A DNA stretch of 64,000 nt from Azolla caroliniana (taxonomy: Eukaryota; Plantae; Polypodiophyta): contig JBHGNT010000001.1 in the NCBI GenBank assembly GCA_043228905.1, forward strand, positions 35,402,001 through 35,466,000, read 5' to 3'. Position 1 is the stretch's first letter. Every line of letters begins with the position of its first letter. The notes beneath the pieces are model-generated. The model was not told the DNA's origin and ran no database searches. It saw only the letters and a program-made list of their open reading frames with translations. This document shows positions 11,491 through 24,991 of the stretch, piece by piece. Position numbers and translations under genes: made by a program.

Positions 11491-14400
11491 TTGAGTTAGT
11501 TAACACATGTTAATAGTTCGACTTCCTTGTGTTAAGATATTTCCATTTCATTTTGTTTCACTATTTAAATTTTTGTGCAACTTCACCTGAACAAATTGAT
11601 TTACCCTTGTGTGAATGACACATGTGCAAGTCTTACGAAGTATGCCCCATTTTTTAATTTCTATTTGCTAGAATCCTTTTAAGTGTCTCATGTTTTATGT
11701 AACAAGCTGAGTTTACTAACTAACTAGGAAAATCAAAATTATTTGAATATGGCATAAGTTACTATTCAATTTGGCAAATTTCTTGCCTAAAACCATGAAA
11801 TAAATAAATAAATTCAATATAATTTAGGGTTCACAAAAATTGTTTCTTTAGTGCTAGTAATCAATACAATGAGACTTTATCTCTTTGCATATTCACATGT
11901 GTCTACTATTGCACAACTCCAACTAATGCATAGATTGTGCATATTCTCGAGGTGTTTTGAGAACCTTTCACAATGGATATCCCTATGAACTGTGAATACT
12001 TAAGTTTGAAGCACCCCAAATGTTGTTAGTAATTATTCTAGCTAGAAATGTTTTGCAGGAATTGGAAACCCAATGCACGTTGTAGTTGTAGCACATTAAA
12101 TTTTTTGACCCGCATTATAAGAATGGACAATACATTCATTGTTTCCCTTCCAACCAAATTATAGGACCCATTACCCTATAGTTCTCGTAACGGTAATGTA
12201 ATGAACCGCATATAGTTGTACGAGCCAAAGTACAATATTATAAATTAAATTTATAATATATTCTAAAAAGTATAGATACAATTACATACATCCTATTTAT
12301 TGGTGATTTGATAATCCAAACAAAGAAATAATATACTATTTTTCTATACAATCATACACACAATCCTTTTACAAGAATGGGGTGGGGCACTCAATTAGGA
12401 GGGGCATCTTTGAATGGACCTTGTGAGGAGCAAAATAATGTTATAAATTTATGAGCATATGAAATACTTGTTCCACTAGATATGTGTCGCTATTGTTGTA
12501 AGATACTAGAGAGAGAATTCTAAAACACCAAGGACTCAATTTGGAGTTGTGGTATAAAAGTGGAGGCAATTCTATATATTACAATTCTGAAAGTTCATGG
12601 ACATGAGCTTTTTCCATATTAATGAGCGATAACAAATCAAGCTAAACATTTTCCTGATGTGATGTCAATATAATGGTCATTGATACTAAGATGGCTAAAT
12701 CTAATGCATTGTTCATTCCTCTAACAAATGACATCAATACACTAGCCATCCATAACAAATAACATCAATACAATGGCCAAATCTAATCTATTGTTCATTC
12801 ATCTAACAAATAACATCAATACAATGCATTGTTCGTTAATCAATAAATTGGACAAATTGATGCTAGTATAGCATTTGCCATAGATTAGACATTTATCCGA
12901 TATGAGACAAGTACACCAATCATCATGATCACATGTAGTTGTGACAACGCAATTGTTGGATTAATTGTGGATTAAGTTAAGGCCGGTACATATGGTTGTA
13001 AAAGTATTTGTAAAATTTAATGTGATTGTTTTTAACTTGTTGATATGTGAAGATGATGGAATGTGAAAAAACAAATGAATTGAGGGATGCATGAGGAAAA
13101 TTTGACTGTCAATTGAGGAGGAGAGTCTACACCACGAGTGCATAGAATAGGGTATTGGTTGGATCGATAATGAGTGCTCGAATAATGTGAAGGTCACAAT
13201 AGGCTTGATAAGACTTTTTGGTAGAAGATAAGATACTAGAGGTTATCAATAAGTCAATGACCCCAATGGTCGTCTAGTCAACCTTCTACTAGATGTTAAC
13301 TTGTACTTCAAGTTAGAAAATTATTTGCTTGTGACTTGCCTCGAAATGCGATGAAATGCAAGGTCATGCACAAAAACACATGCATAAAATTTTGAAGGAG
13401 AAAATAAATAAATATTTGTGAGGTGAATGTTGATGGTGTGCTATATATATCTTGTTGATTATCAATTAAACGTACCTAATGGTGGAGAAAAGTATGGGAC
13501 AAATTGGCAATAACATGAATAAGTCCATTTGAAAGAGTTTATGAATATCCAAAAACATTTTTGTATGAAGTTTTTCCAAGTCAAGCCAAAAATAGCATAC
13601 ATGCTCCTAAAACTTGAGACGAGATCACATCTCCGTAAGCTCATGGCCATGGAAGGGTTATCAAGTACATGCTTAAGATTTTAAAAAACCATCACGTCAA
13701 CCAATTGTTGCATGGGAATCAAGTGAAAGGATTTAAAAGACACTCAAAATCAAATTGTTGGGTTCTAGATGGATGCTAAATATGAAGAAACAATTTTAAA
13801 AATGACATGCATCACATTTTATTCATGATATATCTATAGATTCCTATGTGAATGAGGCCTTTTTCATAATTACAATGTATCTCCACTCAAGAAAGATGTG
13901 GGGGCTCACGTTTCACACACTATGTAATACATGTTGCACCAAATATCAAAATAGTTTTCCTTTCCGAATGGGGAAATCACTCTCATTGGTACATGTTAGA
14001 GCCCAACCCCACCATCCATGCCGTTGTTAATCTCCTTGTTTAGGAAGCATAGAGCCGCTTTTATATGCCATATCAACCGCACCAGCATCATGCTTTGGTC
14101 ACTTTTCATTATATTGATGTATGGGATTATGTACTTGGCCTTTTTCACTTCTTGTAAATAGTCAAGATTATGAAGAACCAATTGAAGATTTTTATGAAAC
14201 AAAGAAAGACTTTCTCTTTTGAATCTAGTCCAATAATTGACATTTTCCATGATTTCTAGAATGGTCTCAAATAGAAGGAATATGTTAACTTCCCAACCTA
14301 AACCTTACCATAGTTCCTCATCAACATTGAGCAACTACAACATCACCTCTCAACCTAACCAAGTGAAGTTGAGCATACTAAAATCTACAATTAACAAACT

Positions 14401-14994
14401 CCATCACGCCAACATAGGCCTAATGAATTTACCACCTACAACCCTAACATCATGATGGAAAGGATATTGTATCTTGACTTTAGCCAATGACCTACACAAA
14501 AGTTATCGACATATGACTACCCATAATTTTGTCAAATATGCATGCACCATTTGCCTTGGCATCAAACACTCCATAGAATGCCCATGCTAACCCTAGTGCA
14601 TTGTTTGCAACTCCAACATTCCTCCAAAAAACTATTGTGAGTACAACATTTCGAATTGAACAATGGCAATGGTCTACCAAGCTAAGGCTAAGCCCACACA
14701 TGTTTGACTACCTTGACAATCATGGTACTAACGCTCTCCACAGACACAACCTCATAACAAAATGACAAGGTTTCAGACACTCCACTGCAATAGCTTAGTT
14801 GTAGTTGATGTAGGCAATTTCACAATTCCATGTTATATGTTATTGATCCTTTATGATATTCAGTCATGACAAACTAGTTTACGAGTAAACGTTATGTTTT
14901 TCATACATTGAACTTGGCATTATTCAATGTCGATATGTAGTTAATTAATAATAATAATAAGTTGTCATCTTATAATCATCCCCATTATGCTCTG

Positions 14995-15710
14995 TATAAA
15001 TGTCTTTGGAAACTTTGAGTATTAACTCTCACACACGTCATTCATTATCTTATATAAATGTCTTTGGAAACTTTGTGTATTAGCTCTCTTACATTCATAC
15101 CCCACAATACACCATGTATAATTGTCTTTGGAAACTTTGTGTATTAGCTCTCTTACATTCATACCCCACAGTACACCATGTATAATTGTCTTTGGTAACT
15201 TTGTGTATCATCTCTCTCGCACACACAATTCATCTTCTTATTATCTTTTGGTGTGGTACTTTGTATGGTTCTGCAATCTCAAATTGTCATATTGCTAGAA
15301 TTAAATTCTACAAATTTTCCAACATATCCCCCATTATGATATGTATAATTGGCTTTGGTAACTTTGTGTATCATCTCTCTCGCACACACAATTCATCTTC
15401 TTATTATCTTTTGGTGTGGTACTTCGTATGGTTCTGCAATCTCAAATTGTCATATTGCTAGAATTAAATTCTACAAATTTTCCAACATATCCCCCATTAT
15501 GATATGTATAATTGGCTTTGGTAAATTTGTGTATCATCTCTCTCGCATACACAATTCATCTTCTTATTATCTTTTGGTGTGGTACTTTGTATGGTTCTGC
15601 AATCTCAAATTGTCATATTGCTAGAATTAAATTCTACAAATTTTCCAACATATCCCCCATTATGATATTTATAATTGGCTTTGGTAACTTTGTGTATCAT
15701 CTCACACACA
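14995..15710. repeat. Tandem array: units of 58, 64 and 64 bp followed by three near-identical 163-bp units
   Basis: The shared core TG(T/G)CTTTGG(A/T)AA(C/A)TTTG recurs at 15001, 15059, 15123, 15187, 15350, 15513 and 15676. The three listed ORFs are offset by exactly 163 bp. Confidence 0.95.
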
Positions 15711-16438
15711 GAATTCTAATTATCGTTGTTGTTGTACTAAAGATCCTCTGTAGTACTACATTGTATGGCACTTAATAAAGTTACAAGGTTTTTCTTCCTT
15801 GCTCATAATGTGGGTATTAATCGTAATAAAAATGACCTCCACATTATACACAAAAAGGCCTTGAAATTTCCAAATTGTATATAGCAAGCACAAGTTAATC
15901 TACCTCTTAGTATCCAAAATCTGAACTTAAAAAAACATAATTGTAGTGATAGGGTTATCCCACTAAATTCCTCATAAAAAGAGCTAAAGCTCTTAATATA
16001 ACAATAAAGATGGTATTCTCTAAGATGTGAAATACAATCGAGAAACTTCTCCTAATATTAACATTATTGAAGTCATTGTACAAGTGGAAAGATCATAGAG
16101 TACTTGGCTAAACGAATGCATTACCATGTGTGGTAACCACACAATTCAGCATTTGTTAGCAAAGGGACTCCAGGCTTCAGTGATTATTGTTTGGGTTACC
16201 AATGTTCTGAATAACTTATATAACGTTACAACATCTCAGAAGACTAAAAATGATCAGGAAGAGAGATACATATCAAAGAATATTTCACACGGTCGTGGTG
16301 ATATAGTCTTAGATAGCCAGCAATAGCTGATTGATCATTCTCATTTACTGGTGGCGATTTCTTTATCATTACAAGAGCTCCAGAAAATACCTCAGGAATA
16401 TAAAGACAATTTTTGCACTTGCTCAATTCAATCCTTTC

Positions 16439-19400
16439 TCATTCACGTGGCCGAGCTACCCAAAGAGAGCTCAAAGCTCGGAGCCGTGAAAAATAATCTC
16501 CCATAGCCAAAAGACCTCGTGCGGCCTGTCTTGTTGTGAGAATACGGTTCATCTGCTGAAGTGCTTGTTGTCGAAGATTATCCGCCTGTGTGCCCAAAGC
16601 AAAAAGTGGTAATGACATTTTATTCCTTCCCATTCATAGTTTTTTTGTTGCAACAAAAATAAAAACATGTGTTCTCAGTTTCAGACCTGGCGGACAAAGT
16701 TCTCCAGTGTCCCAAGTTTACCCATTGCCATCGCCATCTGGCCCATATAATTAGCAACATTTGATGTTCCAAGCGATCCAGCCGATAAGGTATCTGCTAG
16801 ATTCTGTTGTAAGGCTTCCATTCCCTGTGACAACGCATCCTCTGCCTGTTGCGAGGATTGCTGAAGATTACATACGGCTAGCAATTGCTGTTCTGTTAGT
16901 GGTTCCAGCTGAGGAATTAAGATCTGCTCCCCCAGCCAACAAAAGCTGATGTTAATGGCCATTACACAAGATTACCAATACCACACTCAGAATGTGGGAA
17001 TGAACAATGAGTGCCAACAAGGACAATTAGAACGAAAGAAAGATACATTCACGTATTTTAAGAAGCCAAAATGGCCTACACAACCGAATGAGAGATTACA
17101 ACTTAAAATATAGAGAGCAACAATTCGTATGCCTCAACCACATGAGAGTTCTAACTATCGCAATAACTGCATTCCCCATAATTGATGAGCACAAATTCAG
17201 TTCTTGTGTTAGTTAATTACATCAAGATTTTTTTTATTCAAATACTTTACCTTTATTATTGAACAAACTATTGTAAGACTGTCTAAACTCATAGAGAACT
17301 AACATCAATAAGTAGAACTATAAGTTAAGGGCACAATTTACACTAATTGCATCAATTAAATCTGAACATATAGTAGCAACATAATCATGAATGTTGGCAG
17401 CTAGTCTGCCCAGCATAGCATTTGTATGTGACTGCATGAGTAGTCTAAGATAGCAAAAGAAGATTTAGATAATCCTTTCTGCATTAAGATGGAGCTATTT
17501 TCTTTCACAGTGCTGTGATTCCTTTCAAGGGCAACATAAGGATTGCATCGGCTCCATAACGTGTGTTGTAAACTGCCACATTCATATTGATTACTAACCA
17601 CATAACAATAAATCTTTTCCGCCATAAAATTGTTACACTACAATATTGAAGTTCGCCCATTCTACTTTGACAGGAGCATCTTGCAATATGTCACTGAGCA
17701 AATTGTGACATTTTTACAGTTATCTTCTTGTATAAAAGTTGACGTATTGCATACTAGTAAGCATATGGTTTCCTTATGACTCAAGCAAGCATGAACATGC
17801 ATACTGACAAATTACAATCATCACTAAGTTCAGCTATCTGAACACATGCAGCCCGGTACACTCTGGGATATTGATACACAAATGCTTTTGTATGCAAAAG
17901 AGAAAGATAGGAAAGACAGAGAGATATAGAGGTAGACCTTCAGAAGTTCTGAAGGACGAAAACCACCCATCCACATAAAACAGCGCTCTGCTGGAGTTTT
18001 CCACATGCCCGACACAATGTGGAAAACATCTGCTTTTACAGCAATTCCTTTGAGTCGAAAGAGTTCATCATAATGTGAAACACCATTGTCTACAAGTGCG
18101 CGTAAATCATTATCAGTCACATGTGCAGCTAATGCAGACCTTAGCTCAGATATTTGACGATTTTGTTCCTCGACCCAACGTGCATGATCCATGTCAAATG
18201 CAAAAACACCTGTGACATATCAGAATCAAATGTTAATCAGTCATATGGAGCATGCAAAAAAATATTGGTTGCCAATAACTCCAAAATAGGCATATGCAAA
18301 ACTTTGTAAATCTTAAGCTACTAGCATTCTCTTTATTGATATGCGAGAACTTGAGACATGGGGAGAAGTTTTTAAAGGACAACAATACAGACACACAAGC
18401 TAATCAACAAAGAGCAATCACAACTTTCTTTAGCCCCATTACTCCAACTCAATCAAGGGCTACACAAATGGGATCCCAACAAGGACATTGCAAAAGGGTT
18501 ACAATAGATCGGGCAATAGCAATTTGTCCTGCACGTAGGTCTCAGCCTCATGGATCACGATCTCATCATTGCTGTCATCAACAGATTAAGGCCAGTATCT
18601 CCCGCCATCACAGGTGCTTCCCTCACCTCGGAGACCTCTCCATTCTGGATCAACCTATGCTAGAGATCTTTTAAAGACAAAATTTATAATATATCTGACT
18701 TGAGAATCTTACAAGTATAGATGACAAGATTCCTTAGTTACACTTATTTCTTTTGGTTTGTCGTTTCCCAAAAAGAAGACAACATTTTAAGATGTAATCT
18801 CTTGTTTGGTCTTATTGGCCATTTTGGCCTCTTAAAAGAAGTTAATAGATCTTTTTTCTTTCTTTCTTTCGAGGCATAGAGGCCAATAGAGAAATTCAAA
18901 CTTAACTAGCCAGGCTACAAATGTTCAAATCTTAAGGAAATACAGTACAAATCATGCAACAAGTGATCCAGTCAAACATGCAGAAGTAAGAATATGCAGT
19001 GATTTTGCATCGAAGGAGAAAGAACGAAAGATATATTCACATGTCTAAAAGACCACTATGGCTTATGAGACCTCACAAATACTAAAACTGTTGATGGTAA
19101 CTCGACAATGCAGGTAACAGAAGGAAAATGTCTTTCTACTCTAGCTTCCTAAACTAAACTGGTTGAACATACCTAGTGAAGAATGACCGACACCAATCAA
19201 CCTGATCACTAGAGCTAAAATTGTATCAGACATGAATGATGAGGTAATCCAATATCGAAATGTCGGTAGGACAAGATAGTCATTTCTGATGCCGTATGAT
19301 TATAGCTTTGATCTTATGAAGATATGCACATTGGCGAGAAACTTCAAGAATATTCAGAAGAAGTTGGCTGATGAACAGCCACCCTGCCCTTTCAATCCTC

Positions 19401-22400
19401 TATTCCATTGTAGGCACCATGGATGTCTTGAAGGTTTGGGGTGTCATGATTCACCTCAGAGGTCTCCAAGGTCTTATGTATGTAGAATCTGCAAATGAGA
19501 TGTCAGCCTACCTATAGAAGGATTTCTAGAGAAAATCCATGCCCTTGTATCAATTGTAGAGACCTCTATTCCACTTCCATTTCAGAGGAGGCATAACTTG
19601 GATACTATACCAGTAATAATATCTTCTCAAGTATAGTTCATCCCAGGTATTAGCAAAACATTATTGGAGGAGCATTAGGCAATTCCCAACCAGGTAACAT
19701 TCACTGCTATGTTCCTTGAACTTTTCTAGATATTTGGTTTGATATAACAAACGATTTGATAATAACAACTATGGTCTGAAAAATAGAATTGCCAATAGTA
19801 CATCGCCAATAGTATTCCTCTCAACTTCACCAAGACTCCGATATCAACATTTTCCACTGCACTAATATCCAACAACTCTTTCATAAATATAGAGATGGTT
19901 GCCAAATTAGGACTAAGGTTGCATGGAATGTGTGGAATATTTTGTCTTAAGCATGATTATTGTCCGATTGATATCAGAACTATATGCCTCCGCAATTTTC
20001 ACCTGTGACCAGAATATGAATGCTCTGGAAATAGTGTCCACAGTTGTATAAGCATGATGCTAAATAGACTTTGGGCTCAATCAAACATAAACTGCTTCTC
20101 TTCCAGGTATAGAGGATAAGATGGCATGTGTGCCAGTACTAAATATGTGGATCATTTTTTGGTGCAAAAAAAGGTGGAGATGCAAAAAACCATGTTAAGG
20201 GAAATATTTTGGAGTTTTTCATGCTATATTTATAAAGAAAGAAGAACTGCCTTCTACTTTCCAAAACCAATCATGAACTGCCCCCCTTCAAAAAAACTCT
20301 TCAAGAGATAACTAGGTATATTTTCTGCGAGACAATTAGCCAGCAACTTCTTTCCACACTTGGTTTGTAGTTGTTTGTATATCCCCAAAAGTTAGGGTTC
20401 ATCACGCCAGGACCTCTGTTGCAATGTCTATTATTTTACCTGCAGTGTAATCTAAACAAAGATGGGTGAGGGAACCAATATTTGATGTCAATTTGTGGGT
20501 AGAAAAAAAAAAAACATGTACAGGCTCCTCAAAAAATGACCAAATCTAGTGGAGACTGCTAAGCATTTTGTTTGTGATGTTGTGAAGTTGTGATTTTGCG
20601 ATGGAAATATCGAAAAGAATCGTAACACTGTTAATACCAGAATATCCTCGAGTGGTGTATACATGGGGGGGCATATTATGGGTGGTGGTACAAGATAAAG
20701 TAATGGTATATGAGCAAGAGGATGTTGCAGATGGTCTTGCTATGAGACATGATCTGATGCAAAAAACAATTATACCTCTGAATCCACAAAAAGAGACTGA
20801 TAAACCTGAAATATGGCAATTGGTAAGTAGTATCACAATTTGGTATATTTGGAAGGCCAAATGTTTGAAGGTATTCCAAAACGTGACAAAAAGACTTGGC
20901 CAGATCATTTCTGGGATTTGAACAGAGACTGTTCATAATCTCAGAGGTTGTTTCATTAACATAAAAGGTAATACACAACGGGTAGAGTAACAATTATTGG
21001 AGTTTCATGACAAAGGAACGGATTTCTGAACAGGTGGCGTGGTTCTACTCAACAGTGAAGTATTTAATTAATCTGACAATTAGGACTTAGGACGGGGGTC
21101 ATTACCTATATGGACATATTTCATGTACAGCCTTAGGGCATTTCTTAATACTAATGTTGCATCTTTCTTGGGAAAAAAGACCAAATCAGCCTCTAATGCA
21201 GTGTATGTGAGAGACCCTGTACATGCACATGATATTTCTGCTGATGTTGCTCGCCCTCTTTGGTCTTGTCACACATGGCAACTGACAGTTCATAAGTTTC
21301 ACTCAAGAATTTTTAAATCTCCTTATTACACATGAAAAAAAAGGAAATCTTCTAACTTTCAGCATCAAGAAAAATGAAAAATATATATCTTAACCTCTGA
21401 TGGAAGCCAATATCAACCTATGAGACATCATTAATACAAACATTGGTGTCCTTTGACTATCCAAGAAACGAACAAAACAGTGTATGAAAACGAACTTAAA
21501 TGAATAATTAAGTGAAACGATAAGACAAATGGTTCAAGGATTGGGTAGTATGAAAGGCTATCTATGATGCTATAGGAAATTGGTTTACAGGCATAATATG
21601 CATGGCTTCGTGACTATGTCGACTCACAAGTGAAGATCGGGGCCATAGTGTCATTTATCATTGAAGGTGATGTATGGTTGTACAATGCCAGGTCCAAGTA
21701 TAGGCAAAAGCAGCTCCTCAATGAATCTCTCTTGGTGGGTTCAGATCCCATGTGTGTTGTAAAAGATGAAGAAATGATGACAACGACTAATGTAAGAGAG
21801 GAAGATAGCCTAAATCATTATTTGAGTCATGTGTCTGCTGTAAGAGAGGAAGATAGCCTAGATCGTGGTGGGTTCAGATCCCACGTGTGTTGTAAAAGAG
21901 GAAGAAATGATGACGACTGATGTACGAGAGGAAGATAGCCTAAATCATTATTTGAGTCATGTATCTGTTGTACAAGAGGAAGATAGCCTAGATCATGGTC
22001 GGTTCAGATTCCATGTGTGTTGTAAAAGAGGAAGAAATGATGACAACGACTAATGTAAGAGAGGAAGATAGCCTAGATCATGGTGGGTTCAGATTCCATG
22101 TGTGTTGTAAAAGAGGAAGAAATGATGACAACGACTAATGTAAGAGAGGAAGATAGCCTAGATCGTGGTGGGTTCAGATTCCATGTGTGTTGTAAAAGAG
22201 GAAGAAATGATGACAACGACTAATGTAAGAGAGGAAGATAGCCTAGATCATGGTGGGTTCAGATTCCATGTGTGTTGTAAACGAGGAAGAAATGATGACA
22301 ACGACTAATGTAAGAGAGGAAGATAGCCTAAATCATTATTTGAGTAATGTGTCTGTTGTAAGAGAGGAAGATAGCCTAGATCATTATATGAGTCATGGAT

Positions 22401-23764
22401 GATGTATGCTATGCACTGGTATCTACATTCTGAACATACTTTTACTGACTGAATATCCTGACCTTCACGTCACTCTATATTTCATCTAACTTTGCCCCAG
22501 TTCAGCATTTTCATTCCCACTCTTTCATATCAACTATGTTGCTTTCATTTCATAATTGGGTAGGTTAAAATCATAAATATCATGTCAAACAAACTTTCCC
22601 ACAAGTTACATCCATAATCCCTCAGTTTATAAATGTAGCAGATTGTGAACAACAATTGAGATCTCACATTCAAATGCTCAATATGCATCTGGACCTTCTT
22701 AATATATACATACACTGATCATGAACTGATACATTTTAAAAAGGCAATCAGAAGTTACAAAGATATGTCACTAAAAAGAACAATTCTTGTTGGTTTTTGA
22801 GGGAATAACCTGAGGTTTATATAGAAAATAAATTTCCACATACCTGGATGACTATGATCACCAGAGGAGCCCCCCACGTACATTCCCTGCAATTCATGTG
22901 ACATTGAGCGAGAAGCACCATACCTCTGCATATTAAGTGCATACAATATTGGCATGATAGATATTTACCTGTTGTCTTACACGTTCAAGTTCTCGCTCAA
23001 GTTGGTTAAGCTTCACTCGGCTTGATTCCAGCTGCTGCACATAAGCCTAGAAAACACCAATAAACTCAGTTAGAAGACGCTAAGCTTGGTCGGTTGGACA
23101 TTTGGAATGACACACAAAGATAGCATTACTTTTTTCCTTAGGCGGCTTTTGCGTGCAGCTTCACGATTTTGTGCCAAACGCCGAAGGACCTAGGAAATTT
23201 TAAAATATGTACCTTAGCCTTGAGTCCACCTTCAAGAAAAACAAAATTACACAACTGACTATCCAAAAATTCATGTTTGCTTTTTGTTAAACATGTTGTA
23301 TCGTATGTAGCAATCACTTTAAATTGAGACCCTTTGAGAATGTTAATAATACTCACTCTTGAATGATATAAATTACCACTAGAATATTGTCCCTAACATT
23401 ATCATGTATCACTTGATTGCCCCCCTATCTCGAAGACAGTAGAGCAATTTGTATTCATTTCATCAATAGAACTCTGTAAAATATGTTTAGATAGAAAACT
23501 ACCTTAGAGTCCACCATTTTTCCACGATCATGGTCCGAAGACCCAGATGCTATAACTAGATCCCGGCTCCCAGTGTCTTGCTGAAAGACAGAGAATTTAG
23601 ACATAGAAAATTATATTCAGATACATGAAAAGGATGATACGGTAAGTGGCACTTACTCTGTTACTGTCCTTAGCATCTCCTTCAAGACTTGTTGACGTCT
23701 CAGCTCGAGGACTATGATCAGCCCAGTTCTGGAAGTGGCGTCCTGGTGGCGATTCAAAACCCAT
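16439..23764 (-). CDS. TGA: TGA-family (group D) bZIP transcription factor with DOG1 domain, about 340 aa, TGA2/5/6-like
   Basis: Exons 23764..23657, 23580..23503, 23189..23130, 23046..22969, 22886..22844, 18209..17938, 16923..16687 and 16585..16439 (1023 nt, all GT-AG). Motifs: VLRRLAQNREAARKSRLRKKAYVQQLE, FDMDHARWVEEQ, SGMWKTPAERCFMWMGGFRPSELLK, QQSSQQAEDALSQGM, YFSRLRALSSLWVARPRE. An in-frame TAA lies two codons upstream of the ATG. Confidence 0.97.
17031..17108 (-). mobile_element. Short 3'-end copy of the intronic non-L1 LINE family
   Basis: GAAAGAAAGATACATTCACGTATTTTAAGAAGCCAAAATGGCCTA...GAGAGATTACA matches 38940..39020. Confidence 0.75.
18340..18870 (+). mobile_element. 5'-truncated copy of the non-L1 LINE family, ending in a (TTTC)n tail
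   Basis: Clearly homologous to 44460..44938 (+) and to 38932..39500 (-). It ends ...GGCCATTTTGGCCTCTTAAAAGAAGTTAATAGATCTTTTTTCTTTCTTTCTTTC. Confidence 0.85.
19018..19075 (-). mobile_element. Short diverged 3'-end copy of the same LINE family
   Basis: GAAAGAACGAAAGATATATTCACATGTCTAAAAGACCACTATGGCTTATGAGACC resembles the family terminus. Confidence 0.55.
20330..21010 (+). mobile_element. L1-type LINE ORF2 C-terminal remnant in TGA intron 5
   Basis: ORF 20601..20921 contains IWQLVSSITIWYIWKAKCLKVFQN, which fits the W..W..RN...F motif that follows zf-RVT in plant L1. Confidence 0.65.
21733..22397. repeat. Two-module tandem array (85-bp A and 48-bp B units)
   Basis: The anchor GAGGAAGATAGCCTA has its GATA at 21804, 21852, 21934, 21982, 22067, 22152, 22237, 22322 and 22370, giving spacings of 48, 82, 48, 85, 85, 85, 85 and 48. 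Confidence 0.95.
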
Positions 23765-24991
23765 GTATTATGTGATGGTATATCCTATGTCCTGGACGAT
23801 CTGAATTTGTACAAAAGGTCACTTAGTAATTTTTATGTTCCCATCTGCCTTTACAGTTACTCGAAAAGTGACTCCCAAACATTGTCCTGTTCTGGGTTAA
23901 GCCATTGTCTCCATATCAAACCACAGCTGTTGAGTCAAAGGAAGTTTTTATGGACTTGTTTCTCTGGCAGCTTAATGCAAGGAAACGGAAAAAGAAAATT
24001 GTTAAATAAACTTTTGTTATGATAGCTAATGCCCCAAATTCTTATAATTTAATTATATTAAATTAAAAAGAAGCAATGGTTAATTCAATTAAGCTAAATT
24101 AGCTTAGTTAAAGTCTGTGTTAATTAACATGCTTCAATTGGCCATTTCACCATTGCATCCATGTTTTATGGGAAAGTTTGAAAATACACTGTATCTGTTG
24201 ATCCAAAGGGGCATTTGGGGAAATAAGAAACATATGGGCGTCTCAAAATATAGGCATAAACATCAGAATAACTTTACAAATAAATCAATATAACTTTACA
24301 ATACCAGAATAGCGTATGCATCTAAATGCATCTAAATTTGGTGATTGACTAAGTGAATGAATGAGTTAGATGAGAGAGAGAGAGAGAGACAGGAGAAGAA
24401 TGAAAGAAAGATGATAAGTAGTAAAAAACTAGAATTTTGTATGCAGAAATTTATACTATACAATCCGTCCATCTCAAGAATTGTACATTTTGTTGACTTT
24501 GCTATGACATCTCTCCTCAAACCACTTAGTGGGTCAGTGTAATATGCCATGGACTTGTTTAAATATTTCTAGCAGACTTTGATCTCTTTAGAAATAGACA
24601 TTTTCATCCGGGGAAGTTCAAAAAATCGTCTGGAAATTTAGCAATTCGAGCATGGATGGTAAGAATTCGGACACAAATTGTGCAATTTTTGCTTCTCTGT
24701 CTCTCTCTAAGCATCTATTAAGATTGTGCAAACCACGTCATGATTGTGAGGGGACTTTGCAATCAATATATGAACAGTCAATCAAGCTAAGAAAAATGAG
24801 AAAATTCTTCATTCATTCATGGTTCGGTTTTTGAAATACAACAGGCATCAATTTTCCGGAAAATGTCAGAACAGAATAGATACTTACAGTAGAAATAGGT
24901 ACCAAAATGTGAAGAGAATAATCGAGATCCACTCAATCTCAATGTATAGGACCAACCAGAAAAAATAGCAACTTCAGACTGACAAATTAGA

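Noticed and set aside
15186-15775. Three near-identical small ORFs as a tandem peptide gene family
   Set aside because: They have non-ATG starts, overlap each other and are a by-product of the 163-bp repeat.
21733-22397. CRISPR-like pattern of a constant anchor with intervening sequences
   Set aside because: The intervening sequences are just two repeated modules, not unique spacers. There are no cas genes and the array is in a eukaryotic intron.
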